64,000 nucleotides of DNA from Octopus vulgaris (lineage: Eukaryota), in NCBI GenBank assembly GCA_951406725.2, contig OX597836.1, forward strand, positions 37,324,001-37,388,000, in the 5' to 3' direction. Each line of letters opens with the position of its first letter. Within the stretch, counting starts at the first letter, position 1. Below are positions 1 to 14,521 of the stretch, in pieces. The translations under genes and the position numbers were made by a program. The notes under the pieces were generated by a model, which saw only the letters and a program-made list of their open reading frames with translations, did no database searches and was not told the origin of the DNA.

Positions 1-671
1 CGTTTCGATGTAATTGGATTTTCGTGTTGTATCTCACAACACTTTTATCGTTTATTTTTCTTTAAATTTATGCATTTTTTTTTGAATGATTGATGTACTT
101 TGAGACGTATCCTTTTATTCGTTCTAAATTTTTTTCTGTGGCTTTTCTGGTATTTTTTATTTATACTTTTTGCCTTTAATCCCTTCAATTTTCTTTCTTT
201 TTTTTTCATATTCAATTCAGTTGGTAAATGATTCCGAAACTGCCCAGAGTCAGGCCACATAGAATTCTGCAGATTTCTGACAAATTGCTTTCGACATTCT
301 GTAACTCCATATAAACACCATAGTTGATTAAATGTCACTCCTCGTTGAAAAGACTTCCCTACCGCTAAAAACGTATTTCCTTGCCCAAAAATTAGAGACA
401 TCTCAATACTTTTTCCATCTATTATTTCTTGCGAAACCTCCACTTTCAATTCAATATAAATCATTGTCCAAGATTATCACATCGTTATATAAATCATCGA
501 GATAATTTCTTTATGGTCGCCCAGTCTGGAAGAAATTAAAGCCAAATTTTCCTCAAATCACCCCTACTTTAATTATACATAATATAAGGTCAACCTCAGG
601 AATTAAACAGCAACTATCGTAAATTGCTATGAGGGGCCACTTGTAGACAACGAATCTGAGTTTAGAGAAAA

Positions 672-702
<31 letters not shown>

Positions 703-920
703 GTAAGTACGTATGTATGTAAGTATGTACCGGTAAAGGTATTAGTACCGGTAAAGCTATTAGTTGCCAATTCTGTACAAGACATTGTAGATATTTAGCT
801 GGGCTAAAAAGTCACATTCGATCACAGCACCAGTAAAGGTTAAGCTTCGTGCAATGGCCATACTCGATAACGAAGGGGCAGCCATAATGTAAGTATGTAT
901 GTATGGACAGACAGATAGAC

Positions 921-1082
<162 letters not shown>

Positions 1083-1286
1083 CGTACTGCTCTGTAATGG
1101 TAATATCAGCAAAAAAAGTACACCACCTGGTGAAATTTAAATATTATTTAATAGACACAATATATATTTTTATGCGTTGCTGTTAGTTTCGTGAGATGAA
1201 AACAACTAAGACAGCGTATTTTAACACATCTTGTGTCTCTACACAATCCTCAGGTTGTGCCCACATGGAATAACAAGCTAAAACAG

Positions 1287-1359
1287 AGAACGTAACGGCA
1301 GACGAAATAAGGCTACGCATTTCACCTGGCGTGCTAACGTTTCTGCCAGCTCGCCGTCT
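1287..1359 (-). mobile_element. SINE-A 5' head fragment
   Basis: Reverse complement of ggcgagctggcagaaacgttagcacgcc...gtctgccgttacgttct, shared with the full SINE-A copies. Confidence 0.8.
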
Positions 1360-1612
1360 TAATGTTTGCGAAGATACCATTGACTCTGTTATTATCACAA
1401 TTAATTGTGATAATAATAGAATCAATAATATAGATGATTGCAGGGCCCAAAAGCATGAAGGATTAAAATTAATGAAAGGACATACTAAGTATGTCTACTT
1501 GCAGGAAATAACTATCGAAACTCTTATTTTCGACGATTTAAATAAGTTTAACTGTTATTTCCAGCAGGTTGACATACTTAGTATGTCCTCTCATTAATTT
1601 TAATCCTTCAGC

Positions 1613-1676
<64 letters not shown>

Positions 1677-1936
1677 ATCTTCTCTTCAGGAAAGTGAAGA
1701 AAAAAAAAACTCGTCAATAAGACATTTTAGCAAAAAATGATGCATATGTATAGTGATTAACTGAACGCTATTAATATTGTTTAAAAAAACGTTATATGAT
1801 ATAACGTCAGAGGTAGCTTACAGAAAGAGTAGAGATATCAATAGTGAATGTTAAATATAAAAGAAATTAATGTTTAAATTATATATAATGATAGAGACAA
1901 CTTATATGCACTAAATGTGTGTGTGTGTTTTTTTCC

Positions 1937-1984
1937 ACTTTCCTGAATAGTATCAGTGGAGTTTTCGAAACATGTGTCGAAAGT
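1937..1984 (+). ncRNA. Degenerate minimal type-I hammerhead ribozyme-like motif (PLE pLTR-type)
   Basis: ACUUUC-CUGAAUA-...-GAAAC-AUGU-GUC-GAAAGU: 6-bp stem I, near-palindromic stem III, G8 mutated, stem II decayed; the segment ends in a (TA)/(GA)/(TAGA) run. Confidence 0.55.
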
Positions 1985-2059
1985 AAAAAATATTTGAATT
2001 ACACCTGCGTTAAACTCCATTTATTTATTCATATATATAAGAGAGAGAGAAAGAGAGAC

Positions 2060-2159
<100 letters not shown>

Positions 2160-2944
2160 GTGGGTAATGATTTATTTTAGCTCTTTCACCTCGTTTCAGA
2201 GATTCATCAAGAATGGTATTTTTACAGAAAATCTAGGAATTTTCTACATACATATATTTGTAGAAAATATCTGGAATTGAGTTCGGAACCGAAGGTTCTT
2301 TGTTATTTTGAATCTATACGTCTGTGTGTACATATATGAGCGTGTGTACATATTTGTGTGTATATATGTGTGTGTGTGTGTTTCTATGTGAAATACGTGT
2401 GTATGGAGAGAATTTTGAAAGAAAGAAAGAAACAAACAAACAAAAAAGTAGGGTCTTTTTTTTAGATGCTTGAAATTGTGTTCTTTAGTCAGTTTTTATG
2501 CTACCCAATTGTAGAAGAGTTATTTTCTGGGCTGAGTGAAGATGATGACAGTTCAAAATGTCAATTCTCTTTTAGTCATTGTATTTTTTATATTATTATT
2601 TTTTTTTTTTTGGTTAGTTGTCATGTTATTCATCTATAGAAAATTGACTCTATCAAAATTGTTTTGGAAGGTTGTTTAGAATACGCCTGTGTGTGTATGT
2701 TTTTCAGAGTACGTATGTGAGAATGAGTGTGTGTGTAACTAAGTTTTTTCCAATTATTTTATCAACAGCAATGAAAACATTTTAATAAGCATTTCTCATG
2801 CATTCCATATTTTTCCTTCTTAATGTTTAGTTTAGGTAAAAATGTTATCAAAACGTTCTCATTAGTTTGGTGGCGAGGTGAAACACAAAAACACACGTAC
2901 AAATATACGCATAAACATATGCACGCTCCCAAACGTATACATCA

Positions 2945-3100
2945 TGACAGGTATCCACAGTTTCCGTCTACCAAATTCGTTCGTACAGCATTCATCGGTC
3001 CGGGACAAGAGTAGAAGACGTTCGTCCAAAGTGCCTTACTGTGAGATATAACGTGTTGTTTCAAACGAGCTTCTTACCCATTTCTTGAACATGCCTGCCT
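2945..3100 (-). mobile_element. Old SINE-B fragment
   Basis: cagtttccgtctaccaaat...gtagaagac...aaagtgcc matches the SINE-B 5' half. Confidence 0.65.
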
Positions 3101-3725
3101 TGCCTTCTTAAAAGTGGATAGAGGAGCGATCTTGACGATGAATTCGGCCCATAGAAGGATTCGACCCACACGTGATAACAGCTGTTCGACATAAATCCAC
3201 CAGTCAGCAATACTAGAACAGTGCACTAGTACGTGTAGAACGGTTTCGTCAATCTACGTGTATCTCGGACAGTTTCGCCTGATGACGCTTCCATACAGGT
3301 AGAATTTACCTTAACCTGGCAGTGCTTTGTAGCACTGACAAGTCAGAGATTTCCAGAAGTTATTCATGGTCGTACCGAGATCGAAAGTCCTTCAAAATGG
3401 ACCGGATGCTTCATCCTCGTCGACGACTAGAGTTTCTCCGAGAACGTCATCACCCATACGCACCTCTATATTTCTATATATTGCTACCGAAGAAATTCCA
3501 CCGTCCATATTGCCCAACTGGTAGAGGGCAGTGAGCGCCTATCGACATTACAGATGCCTGGCGCCTAATCTTAGCCTTTTATTTTATTTTTTTTTTAGCC
3601 AGGATTGCAGCTCCGTGGAAGAGATAAGCTGTGAAGAAGTGTGTCTTACAAACAGAGACCAAAAAATTTCAGAGGACGGATTAAGTGGATTACGTCTATT
3701 CCAGTGCTCTGCTGGTATTTATTTT

Positions 3726-3954
3726 GGTGAGCTGGCAGAAACGTTAGCACGCCGGGCGAAATGCGTAGCCGTATTTCGTCTGCCGTTACGTTCTGAGTTC
3801 AAATTCCGCCGAGGTCGATTTTTGCCTTTCATTCTTTCGGGGTCGATAAATTAAGTACCAGTTGCGCACTGGGGTCGATATAATCGACTTAATCCGTTTG
3901 TCTGTCCTTGTTTTTCCTCTCTGTGTTTAGCCCCTTGTCGGTAGTAAAGAAATA
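3726..3954 (+). mobile_element. SINE-A, near full length, nested in an older opposite-strand SINE-A-like copy (about 3650-4055)
   Basis: tRNA-like head with B-box gagttcaaattcc, central gcctttcat...ggggtcgataaa domain, tail agccccttgt.ggtagtaaagaaata; 12-bp TSD ggtatttatttt (3714-3725/3955-3966). Confidence 0.9.
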
Positions 3955-4085
3955 GGTATTTATTTTATCGACCCCGAAAGGATGAAAGGAAAAGTTCACC
4001 TCGGCGGAATTTGAACTCAGAATATAGAGCCCGAAGAACTGCCTCTGAGCATTCAAATACTAACAACAACAACAACAATAACAAC

Positions 4086-4149
<64 letters not shown>

Positions 4150-4359
4150 TGTTTTACCTGGTTTAATCCAGCTAAAAAGTTCATGCATTGCAAATCCATT
4201 TCATGGTAAATTTCATCTTCGTTTTGCGCACATTAGAATTTACAGTGGAATTCACAGACTTTGAAGAATAATAGAAACCTATTTTCCGGTTGAAATTTAT
4301 TAATAAATGCCAGGAAATCGTATTTTTCGGCAGATTCATTGAAGAAATGTTTTGATGGT

Positions 4360-4850
4360 CATGATGACGATAGCAACGACGATGACGACGACGACGACGA
4401 TGATGACAATGATGACGACGACAACATCGACGCCGATAATGATGATGATGATGATGATGATGATGCTAATGATGACGGCAACGATAACAAAGATGATGGT
4501 GATGATGATGATGATGATAATGATGATGATGATGATGATGATGGTTGTGCTAGTGGTACTGCTGGTGCTGGTGCTGGTGGTCGTGGTGGTGGTCGTGGTT
4601 GTGGTCGTGGTGGTGGTCATGGTGGTGGTGCTGTTACTGCTGGTGGTGGACGTTGTGGTGGTGGTGTTTGTCATCGTCGTGGTCGTGGTGGTGCTGGTGC
4701 TGGTGCTGGTGGTGCTGGTCATCGTGGTCGTGGTGGTGGTTGTGGTGGTGGTCGTGGTGGTCGTGGCTGTGGTGTTGGTGGTGATAGTGATGCCGATGAT
4801 GGTATGGACATTAACGAAGATCTAGATAATCACAATAACGACGATGGAAA
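4360..4850. repeat. Degenerate (GAT/GAC)n-(GGT)n trinucleotide low-complexity tract
   Basis: Direct; explains the poly-D/G, poly-T/I and poly-M/V ORFs. Confidence 0.9.
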
Positions 4851-5899
4851 TCATTATTTTATCATCTTTTACCTTTCATCTTTTACTTGCTCCAGTCATT
4901 AGACTGCGGCCATGCCGGGTACCGCATCCTCATCCTTACCATAAAAGGGAAATGTTGCAGCAGAAAGACTAGAATAGTGAAGAGAAGGCCACTTAGATGA
5001 GAATTTTATTGTTTAGTTCAATTCAACCACTTTAATCAGCACTCTAAAAAAAGAAAATTAAATTAAATCTGAACTTCTGTGAAACGCTGTAAAAATAGAA
5101 TTATATTATATTTTATTTAAAATGCTTAAGATATTATATTGATTAGGAAGAGAAGCGTCTAAGTAAAAATCATGATTTCTGTAATCAGGTTTCGCTGCCT
5201 GTTTAAAATTAATTTATCTTTATTTTAACTCAGTATCTAATAAACATCCTTTAAAGAAATTTAGAATTATTATAAGGAAGAGTACTAAAGTTTAAACCTA
5301 ACTGGAGGGGCTGGAATTAAAACAAATATGTTGTTCTTTTCTGCTGTTGATTTTATTCTTCCAACGGAAAAAAAAAGGACTTCAGATTTCTGACATGTAA
5401 TGAAGTAATTTAAAATAATCAAAATACAATCCTTGCATTGCGGTCATGTGAAATTTAATTGCAGGAATTGGTTTTATTTGGGATTTTTTGTTTTTTTTTT
5501 TATTTTTGGTAGGGTGGATTTCTAATTTCAACAATGAATTTCAATGATCACATTGTCATGTTTAGGCAATAAGGATGACCGTTCAAAATAATTGTTCCGC
5601 AAAATGCCTGTCTCCTTTCTTTACCATTGTCGTTTTCATAGTCCGACCAATAAAGGAGCAAGTAGGAAGTGGTTCCACTAGCTAATAATAGATAACAGTC
5701 TTTTTGAAATCACACAAAAATTCTTTAAAATTCGAGGAACCGTTCGATAATTTAGTTTGAGGTACATTGCAAGTCACCGGTAGAAGAGAATAAATTAATT
5801 TTTTGTAGAAGAGAAGAAATTAATTTTTGTAGAAGAGAAATTAATTTTTTTTTTTTAGTCTTTCTCACTATTGATGAGGTTTGAAAAATGAATCATTTA

Positions 5900-6301
5900 C
5901 TCTTTACTCTTTTACTCTTTTACTTGTTTCAGTCATTTGACTGCGGCCATGCTGCAGCACCGCCTTTAGTCGAGCAAATCGACCCCGGGACTTATTCTTT
6001 GTAAGCCCAGTTCTTATTCTATCGGTCTCTTTTTGCCGAACCGCTAAGTGACGGGGACGTAAACACACACCAGCATCGGTTGTCAAGCAATGCTAGGGGG
6101 ACAAACACAGACACACAAACATATATATATATACATATATACGACAGGCTTCTTTCAGTTTACGTCTACCAAATCCACTCACAAGGCATTGGTCGGCCCG
6201 GGGCTATAGCAGAAGACACTTGCCCAAGAGGCCACGCAGTGGGATTGAACCCAGAACCATGTTGTTGGTAAGCAAGCTACTTACCACACAGCCACTCCTG
6301 C
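5900..6301 (-). mobile_element. SINE-B, full length
   Basis: Head ggagtggctgtgtggtaag...ggttcaatccc, CORE-like cttgggcaagtgtctt, internal (TA)/(TG) microsatellite, tail (gtaaaaga)n. Confidence 0.9.
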
Positions 6302-6502
6302 ATTTATCGATTTTCATTCTTTTTTTTTTTTTACTTGTTTCAATCATTGGACTGAAGCTATGTTAGATTACCACCTCGAAAGATTTAGGTGAAGGACTGG
6401 TATCAATATACCAGTCCCTAATTTTATTAAAAGTAAGGTACTATTTATGTCGGTCACTTTTTACGAACCGTTAAGCCATGGGCATGTAAACAAAAAGATC
6501 CC

Positions 6503-6692
6503 ATTGTTTACATTATTTACATTATTTACATTCGACAGATATTTGTCCTCATCTTGTTCGTTGTTAACACAAAGTTTCGGCTGTGTCATTTTGTCCAAAC
6601 AAGATGAGGACAAATATCCGTCGAATGTAAATAATGTAAATAATGTAAATAATGTACATAATTCCTCATCTCTTAGATATAGAACTAAGTAT
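6503..6692. mobile_element. Fold-back fragment of the family at 12621-12805 (PLE pLTR-like)
   Basis: Arms about 6503-6557 and 6597-6653 are reverse complements (tttacattatttacattcgac.gatatttgtcctcatcttgtt). Confidence 0.75.
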
Positions 6693-6778
6693 TAAAAAGA
6701 TTCCAGTCGTCAAACAGTGCGGGGAATACCACAGTCTCACCCCACACACACACATGCACATGCACACACACACACGCA

Positions 6779-6836
<58 letters not shown>

Positions 6837-9453
6837 CCATCTAACGGTACACATGTTTTGTTTCACATGACATGGCAGCAAAGCCAGCGTCTTAACCAGC
6901 CAGCCATGTTGGCGTGAGTACATTTTTTTTCAAACAGTCATTGAATTGATAATATGCTGACGCAGACGTAGTCCTATGGTTAAGAATTTTACTTTGCAAC
7001 ATGGCTTTAGTTTCGATTTCGCTACGCAGCATATTGGGAAACGAAATTCTGTGATGACAACTGCAAACAGATCAAAAACCTTATGAGTGAAATTTGGCCG
7101 TGGGATCTTGTATGGCTCACCGATGGATAGTCAGCCCTATACTTATTTGACAGATATAATCAATTTCCGGCTTTTAAACCACTACCACCACCTGACCTGG
7201 CAATGCTTTTACCGAATCTACAATGTTGCAAGCATTTTGCCCAACCCTCCGATCTCAAGATAATCTTATTTTCCTATTTCCTGCTCTCACTCATATTTCA
7301 GGTCTTGTAAGAGGTTACAGGCGCTGCTATTTCTTTTCTGATTAAATCGTGTAAAAATAAAAAAATTAGCATATTTGGTATTCAATATTTTGTAGTGCTG
7401 TCACGTCAATTTGCAAGTGAGTTTGTCTCCAGCTTCTGATACGGAGAATTATTTGATATAGAGAACATTGAAAATAGGAGGAGAAAAATGACTCAAGGAT
7501 GTATTTTTATTGTATATATGTTTATTACATTTAAATAGCAGCTCAATGCAAATAGCTGTAAATGTATCTTTATAGTCATAGAATTGAATGTCAGATTAAT
7601 TATGTGATATGTTTCCTATGCAATTTCTCTTATAAGGGACACTGTGAATAAACAAAAGAAAAAGAATAGGCATTTCAGATGAAATTGCAGAGATTTATCT
7701 AAACCCCTTTTTCATCTCCAATTGAAAATATTTCAGTGAGAAAAAGTATTTATGAAGATAATGGTAGCTCGTTGAAAGGCATTAATTTCCAAAGTTAATC
7801 TCCAGCGGAATCCCATGCATTCCGAAGTAGCCTCATACTTGATCGATATCTAACATAAAATATAACGCAAGTTTTAAATATTTAACAATCGGTGATGATT
7901 TCTTTTTTTTTTTTGCTTTGGTGAGAAGGCAATCCAATATGATTATCATCTATATTGTTTTTATCTGAATCTCAGCTCCATCGATCGTCAATAATTACAT
8001 TCTTCTGAGGTTTTAAGGCTATTTCGATGCTATATCTCCAAACATTTATTTGGAAAACCCGTTTTTTTTTATGGATTTTCTGTTTTATTTTTTTAAGATT
8101 AGCTTTGAATACGTTATATGGACATTTCTTTGCTATATGACAAAAAAAGAATGAATGTGAACACTTAATCTTTCTTCTAAATAAAGCAAACTCTCTGACA
8201 CATATTTTTATATTTCCATTGATTTTTGATTTGAACTGCTTGTTTATATACATACATACATGCATACATATATACATATATACATAAGTGTATGTATGCT
8301 TGTATGTGTATGTATATATATGTACACAAATTTTTATCGTATTTTTCGGCAGATTCATTGAAGAAATGTTTTGATGGTCATGATGACGACGACGACGATG
8401 ACAATGATGAGGGTGATGATGGAGCTAATGACGATGACAACATCGATGCCGATAATGATATATATCTGTATATATGTATACATACACACACACATTTATA
8501 TATACATTTATATGCATATATGTATAGAGAGAGAGAGACAGAGAGATACAGAGAGATACAGAGAGATAGAGAGAGACAGTGGGGAGAGATACGTGTTTGT
8601 ATACTCATAGCATTGAATTTTTCTTATTACTGATATCAATGAATAAACTACATAGTGCAATAAATGCCTATTGTTAATGCATTTTCTAATGTCACATTTG
8701 TATTCATCGTGTTTTGAGATCTGTAGCAACAATATAATTAATCTTTGGAACAATTCTCCTTGAACTGAGAAAAATTAAGGTGCTTCATACATTTCTTTTT
8801 GGAATACCGATTTCGTTTTTGGCGTCATTAGGTCGAAGAGCATTTCTAAGTTAATCACACCCCAATATATTACTGAGTTTTTTTTTTTTTTCTTCTTCTT
8901 TTTGTATTGATCTGTGAAGGACGGATGATGGGAATGCAACGTTGGCGAAAATGTGACTAGCAATCAGATACTTTAAAATCAAACCTGAACTCCCTTTATT
9001 CTGATTATTATTATAATATTGACACCATGCAACAGACATACTGGCGAACAGGTTCTGATATAAATTTTAGAGCTTTTTAACAGGATAAAGATTTTCCTTT
9101 GCTACCTAAATGTCCACTACCTTTTGCTTGCACTTAGCAGACACGCATATACATGGACACATACGTACACACAAACGCACACAGGCACGCACGTATGTGC
9201 ATATATGTGGTATGCGCGTAATCTTGATCCTAGTATGTATGCATAAATATAAACATATAGATATACATATAGATACATACATGAGTGTGGGGGTGCGTGC
9301 GTGCGTATTAATAATTCCCTTGTGCTTTGCGATGCAAAACACCTGGTGTAGAACTCAATATACATATGATTCAGAATTAAGGGTTAGTTGAGTCCGGATT
9401 GGTAATAAGAAATTCATTTCGACAAAAAATCATTTCTATATATATATATATAC

Positions 9454-9523
<70 letters not shown>

Positions 9524-9524
9524 G

Positions 9525-9558
<34 letters not shown>

Positions 9559-9788
9559 TGTATGTATGTATGTATGTATGTATGTATGTATGTATGTATG
9601 TATGTATGTATATATATGAGTTCCGCCAGTTGCGCACTGGGGGCGATCAAATCGACCGTTCCCCTCCCCGAAAATGCCAGGCCTTATGCCTAGAATGGAA
9701 ATGAATATATAAGTTCTACTCTAGGTATTTAGTTTTGCAAAGCCTAAGGGAAATAATAATACACACACACATACACACTCTCTCTCTC

Positions 9789-9879
<91 letters not shown>

Positions 9880-9894
9880 TTTCCCTTATTGCTG

Positions 9895-10260
9895 TTTTCC
9901 GTTCGTCAAACTAATACACATGCTTGTTGTCCATACACTTGTCTTCTTTTGTTTTTCAGTAAATTTCAACAAATATATATATTTCAACTATATACATGTT
10001 CGTAGACTAAATTTTAACCTCTATCTATTATTGTCATTTTTTTTTCTTTCGCAATGAGAATTTAAAATTTAACGCCAAAACTAACTCTTAACGAGTGATA
10101 TCGATGTTATGTTGCACATTCAATGAACCAAAAACACCGAGGTCTGAAAACTCAGCTTTCGCCTGCTTCCCTTGCATTACGCCATCTTACCTAATACACT
10201 GCTGTTCCTCACGATACACCATCCTTATCAGTTATAGAATTGCTGGCGTTATACCTAAGT
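9895..10260 (+). repeat. About 365-bp repeat; inverted partner at 15568-15936
   Basis: Near-identical reverse complement; both copies give the ORF MISMLCCTFNEPK.PRSENSAF... Confidence 0.9.
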
Positions 10261-10620
10261 ATAAAAACTTCAATAATCCAAAACAAATTTGATCACAGGT
10301 TCCAGTTTAATATACTTGTGGACAAGATTATTTCATGCAACTATAATTATTTGTAATGATAAGTAAATTCGATTTCTGTTCCCGTGTAGTACAATCTATT
10401 CCATGTTTAATATATTTTGGTTTGGATTCTCTGTAGGTGTGTGTGTGTGTGTGAGTGTTTGTATGCGTGCATGTATGTGGTTGGGAGTGCGCGTGTGTGT
10501 GTTGTTCATGCAAATAGTCGTTCCGATTTCTGAAGAAAAGAGGATTACTCATAGCGATGCTTTATCTTTTAATATTCTTTGTATTATCACTTGCTTTGTG
10601 CACACATATTGCTTATTACA

Positions 10621-10685
<65 letters not shown>

Positions 10686-10905
10686 CATATATATGTATAT
10701 ATATATATATATATACATATATGTATATATATATACATATATATGTATATACATATATACATATATATACATACATATATACCTGTATGTATATATACAT
10801 ATATATACACATATAAATGCTATATATATATATACATATATATATGTATATATATGCATATCAATAAATATAGTATAAAATATATGTATACATATATATA
10901 TATGC

Positions 10906-10981
<76 letters not shown>

Positions 10982-10998
10982 TGTGTATATCTATATGC

Positions 10999-11080
<82 letters not shown>
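10621..11080. repeat. Long imperfect (TA)n/(TACA) microsatellite
   Basis: Direct. Confidence 0.97.
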
Positions 11081-11082
<2 letters not shown>

Positions 11083-11458
11083 CTTCTTACTACTCAGAGC
11101 TGCAAAGGTACGTGTTAAAGGCCATGGATTTAATACATTGGGAGACAGTAAGAGTGTTTGACTTGTACTATTCAGCCATATTTGTCATATTTACAGAGAG
11201 TTCGCAAAATGCAAGAAGTGGGCGCTGCCATACTAAACGCAGTAATGCAAGAGGTTTTAGTTAATAAAACTTACACCTGTGGTGAAGAGAAGAATTCATT
11301 ATCTTATTAATTAATTGTAGCGAAGAATAATGGCAGCGGCCACCCTGATTTGCTGTGAAGAAGAATATTGCTTCACCGATGGAGTAATTAGATTTATATA
11401 CCACCATTACGAAATTAGATATAGATTTGTGTATGTTCTGACGGAAGGCATTTATGTA

Positions 11459-11501
<43 letters not shown>

Positions 11502-11746
11502 CAGTGCGTGCGTGTATGTATACGTATGTATGTGTGTGAATGTTAATGTATGCATACGTATGAAAGTACATATGTTTGTGTGTGTGCGTGCGTGTATGAC
11601 TCTGTGTGTGTAGTTGCGTGTGCGTATATGTGTATGTAAGCATCTCGATTAATGCTTCTGTATGCGTACGTATAAAACTGTATTATGTATATGTTCTTGT
11701 GTCTGTGTGTCTCTTAGCTTGTGCATGTATGTGTATGTACGCATGT

Positions 11747-12132
11747 AGTGGAGGCGCAATGGCCCAGTGGTTAGGGCAGCGGACTCGCGGTCATAGGATC
11801 GCGGTTTCGATTCCCAGACCGAGCGTTGTGAGTGTTTATTGAGCGAAAACACCTAAAAGCTCCACGAGGCTCCGGCAGGGAATGGTGGTGATCCCTGCTG
11901 TACTCTTTCACCACAACTTTCTCACTCTTACTTCCTGTTTCTGTTGTACCTGTACTTCAAAGGGCCGGCCTTGTCACTCTCTGTGTCACGCTGAATATCC
12001 CCGAGAACTACGTTAATGGTACACGTGTCTGTGGAGTGCTCAGCCACTTACACGTTAATTTCACGAGCAGACTGTTCCGTTGATTCGGATCAACCGGAAC
12101 CCTCGTCGTCGTAACCGACGGAGTGCTTCCAC
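11747..12132 (+). mobile_element. SINE-C, full length
   Basis: tRNA-like head with A-box tggcccagtggttagg and B-box ggtttcgattccc; tail ...gtcgtcgtaaccgacggagtgcttcc; 12-bp TSD atgtacgcatgt. Confidence 0.92.
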
Positions 12133-12431
12133 ATGTACGCATGTGTATCAACTCTTATGTATACGTATGAATGTATATGTATGTGCGTGTATGAGAGTGT
12201 TCATGTATTTACAGAATATGTATGCATATGTATGAATGCTTATGTATGTATATGTATACATATATATATGAATGTTTATGTATACGTATGAAAGTATGTG
12301 TGTGTGTATGAATATATAACTATATGTATGTATTTATGTATGTATATGTATGTATCTATATGAATGTGTATGACCACAGCTCGTGAGCTGAAACTAGATA
12401 AAATAAAATTTTTTAAAAGATATATATTCGT

Positions 12432-12488
<57 letters not shown>

Positions 12489-12620
12489 CGTATGTGTGTG
12501 TGTGTGTACATATATCCATGTGTAGATATATAGAAACAATTATGCGGATAAACAAATTAAATATAACAGCTTGCGTTTCATATACAAAATATATGTATAG
12601 ATATATAATTATGTAACTCA

Positions 12621-12805
12621 GTTCAATATTTAAGAGATGAGGACTTATGTACATTATTTACATTATTTACATTCCACGGATATTTGTCCTCATCTTGTTT
12701 GTTGTTAACACAATGTTTCGTCTGATATATCCTCCAGCCTTCCTCAGGTGTCTTGGGGGGAAATTTAGAACCTGGGTTTCTCATTCCTAAGTTATTTTTC
12801 GATGT
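12621..12805 (-). mobile_element. Short PLE pLTR-like element with a hammerhead-like motif at 12707-12752
   Basis: Minus strand GACAC-CUGAGGA-A-GGCUG(10 nt)CAGAC-GAAAC-AUU-GUGUU; abuts (ATT)n at 12805-12943. Confidence 0.7.
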
Positions 12806-12855
12806 TATTATTATCATTATTATCATTATTATTATCATTATTATTATTATTATTA

Positions 12856-12920
<65 letters not shown>

Positions 12921-13774
12921 GTTATTGTTGTTGTTGTTGTTGTTCTTTTCACTGCTTGGAATCGACCTCGGAATTTTGGGGTGAGTAGCCCGCCCTCTCA
13001 ACCACTACGCGATATGCCCGTGGGCATAGTGGCGTAGTGTAATTATGTAACTGTTTCTTGAGGCTACAGGTCCTAGTTACAAATAGTATTCTAGTATTCT
13101 TTGCGGTAAAACGTCGTTTCGATTCCAGCATCGTTTTTCTTTCTTATACCTTGCTTACCAATCATTCTACTACTGTATGTATATATTTACGTTTCGTGTT
13201 CTTCTTTACATCGTTGTTTAACACTTGGACAAAAGTGATCCGTACATTTGATCAATAGCGATGCAGTCGTGACCATTACTGAAGAACCCATTATCCGATA
13301 TAAAACCTAATATATCAGGGTTTAAAAAGTGTAGGAGAGAGGCTCTTGAGGGAGAGAACCATGAGCTATTATTTCCAACAGATTCCACCGATGACTTTGA
13401 AGTACTTTCTACTTCGACTTTTCCACATTTATAAATGTATATATTTCTCTTCACGTCACATGATAGTGATAGTATGGTGTTCCATAGAGTAAGACTCTGT
13501 CAAATACTGGACTTCATGCGGTCGACTGTATTCGCTCAACCCTATGCATGTACAACCTCACTTGTATGATATGTCCATATACAGATTTATGTTAATGTAT
13601 TTCATCGTATGATTCTACGCATGTCCAGCTCTCCCTCGTGTTGTCTCATCAAAAATCAGAAACTAAAATTAGATTATAAAACAATATTCCAGTCTTGTGA
13701 ACTATGATCTCTAACATCGAAACATTTTTCTACACTTATATCAATTTCATGATAATGATTGTTTTCGGACCATT

Positions 13775-13925
13775 TTATTTATATTTACATAGTCATATTG
13801 ATTTCAAGATAATGGTTTCGAACTATTTTTGTATATTTATAGTTACATTGATTTCAAGATAATGGTTTCAAAATATTTGTGTATATTTATATATTTATAT
13901 TAATTTCAAGATAATGGTTTCGAAT
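13775..13925. repeat. Minisatellite, 3 copies of about 51-53 bp
   Basis: atttcaagataatggtttc recurs three times with similar AT-rich intervening sequence. Confidence 0.8.
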
Positions 13926-14286
13926 TTTCGCACAATTTCCGCACGTTGAGTGTTGGGGTAAGGTGATTGCATCGACCTTAGATCGATGTAAGAAAAACTT
14001 ATTAGGTGCATATCGTTGTCAGCATTAACTCACATCCGAGTAATTTGATCTAGTAAATACTTTTACTCCGCGAGGTCAGGTATTTATCTTCAGTTAAACG
14101 GAAACTCTACACATGCACATGATGCAGGTCTATCAGAGTGTAACTCTTCCCACAAGAGAGCTTAAAAACCATCAAAAATATTTGTGGATTCACTCGTCAA
14201 ATAAACAGTACTGCTGCTATCTAAAACGACGGGTTGTTCCATACACAGCCATATTTATTTCCAACTAAGTGCACTGTAAATTGTAT

Positions 14287-14521
14287 CTATTTCTTTACTA
14301 ACCCAAAATGGGCTAAACACAGAAGGGACAAACAAGGACAGATAAACAGATTAAGTCGATTACATCAATCCCAGTACGTAACTGGTACTTAATTTATCGA
14401 CCCTGAAAGGATGAATGGCAAAGTTGACCTCGGCGGAATTTGAACTCAGAACGTAACGGTAGACAAAATACAGCTACGTATTTCGCCCGGCGTGCTAACG
14501 TTTCAGCCAGCTCGCCGCCTT
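14287..14521 (-). mobile_element. SINE-A, full length
   Basis: Reverse complement of the SINE-A consensus. Confidence 0.9.

Noticed and set aside
3120-3560. GC-richer segment containing ctgatga and gaaac words
   Set aside because: The core words are on opposite strands with no stem I, and no recognisable protein motif was found
4336-4902. Asp/Gly-rich 187-aa ORF with RGG-like repeats
   Set aside because: Trinucleotide low complexity is open in several frames on both strands; no independent coding evidence
10403-11264. YI/HT/CV-repeat ORFs here and throughout the window
   Set aside because: Dinucleotide microsatellite translations
11747-11822. tRNA gene
   Set aside because: A/B boxes are present, but it continues into a SINE body flanked by a TSD; it is a tRNA-derived head
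13775-13925. Repeat-spacer-like pattern (CRISPR?)
   Set aside because: The intervening sequences are homologous to each other, there are only three units, there are no cas genes and the context is eukaryotic; it is a minisatellite
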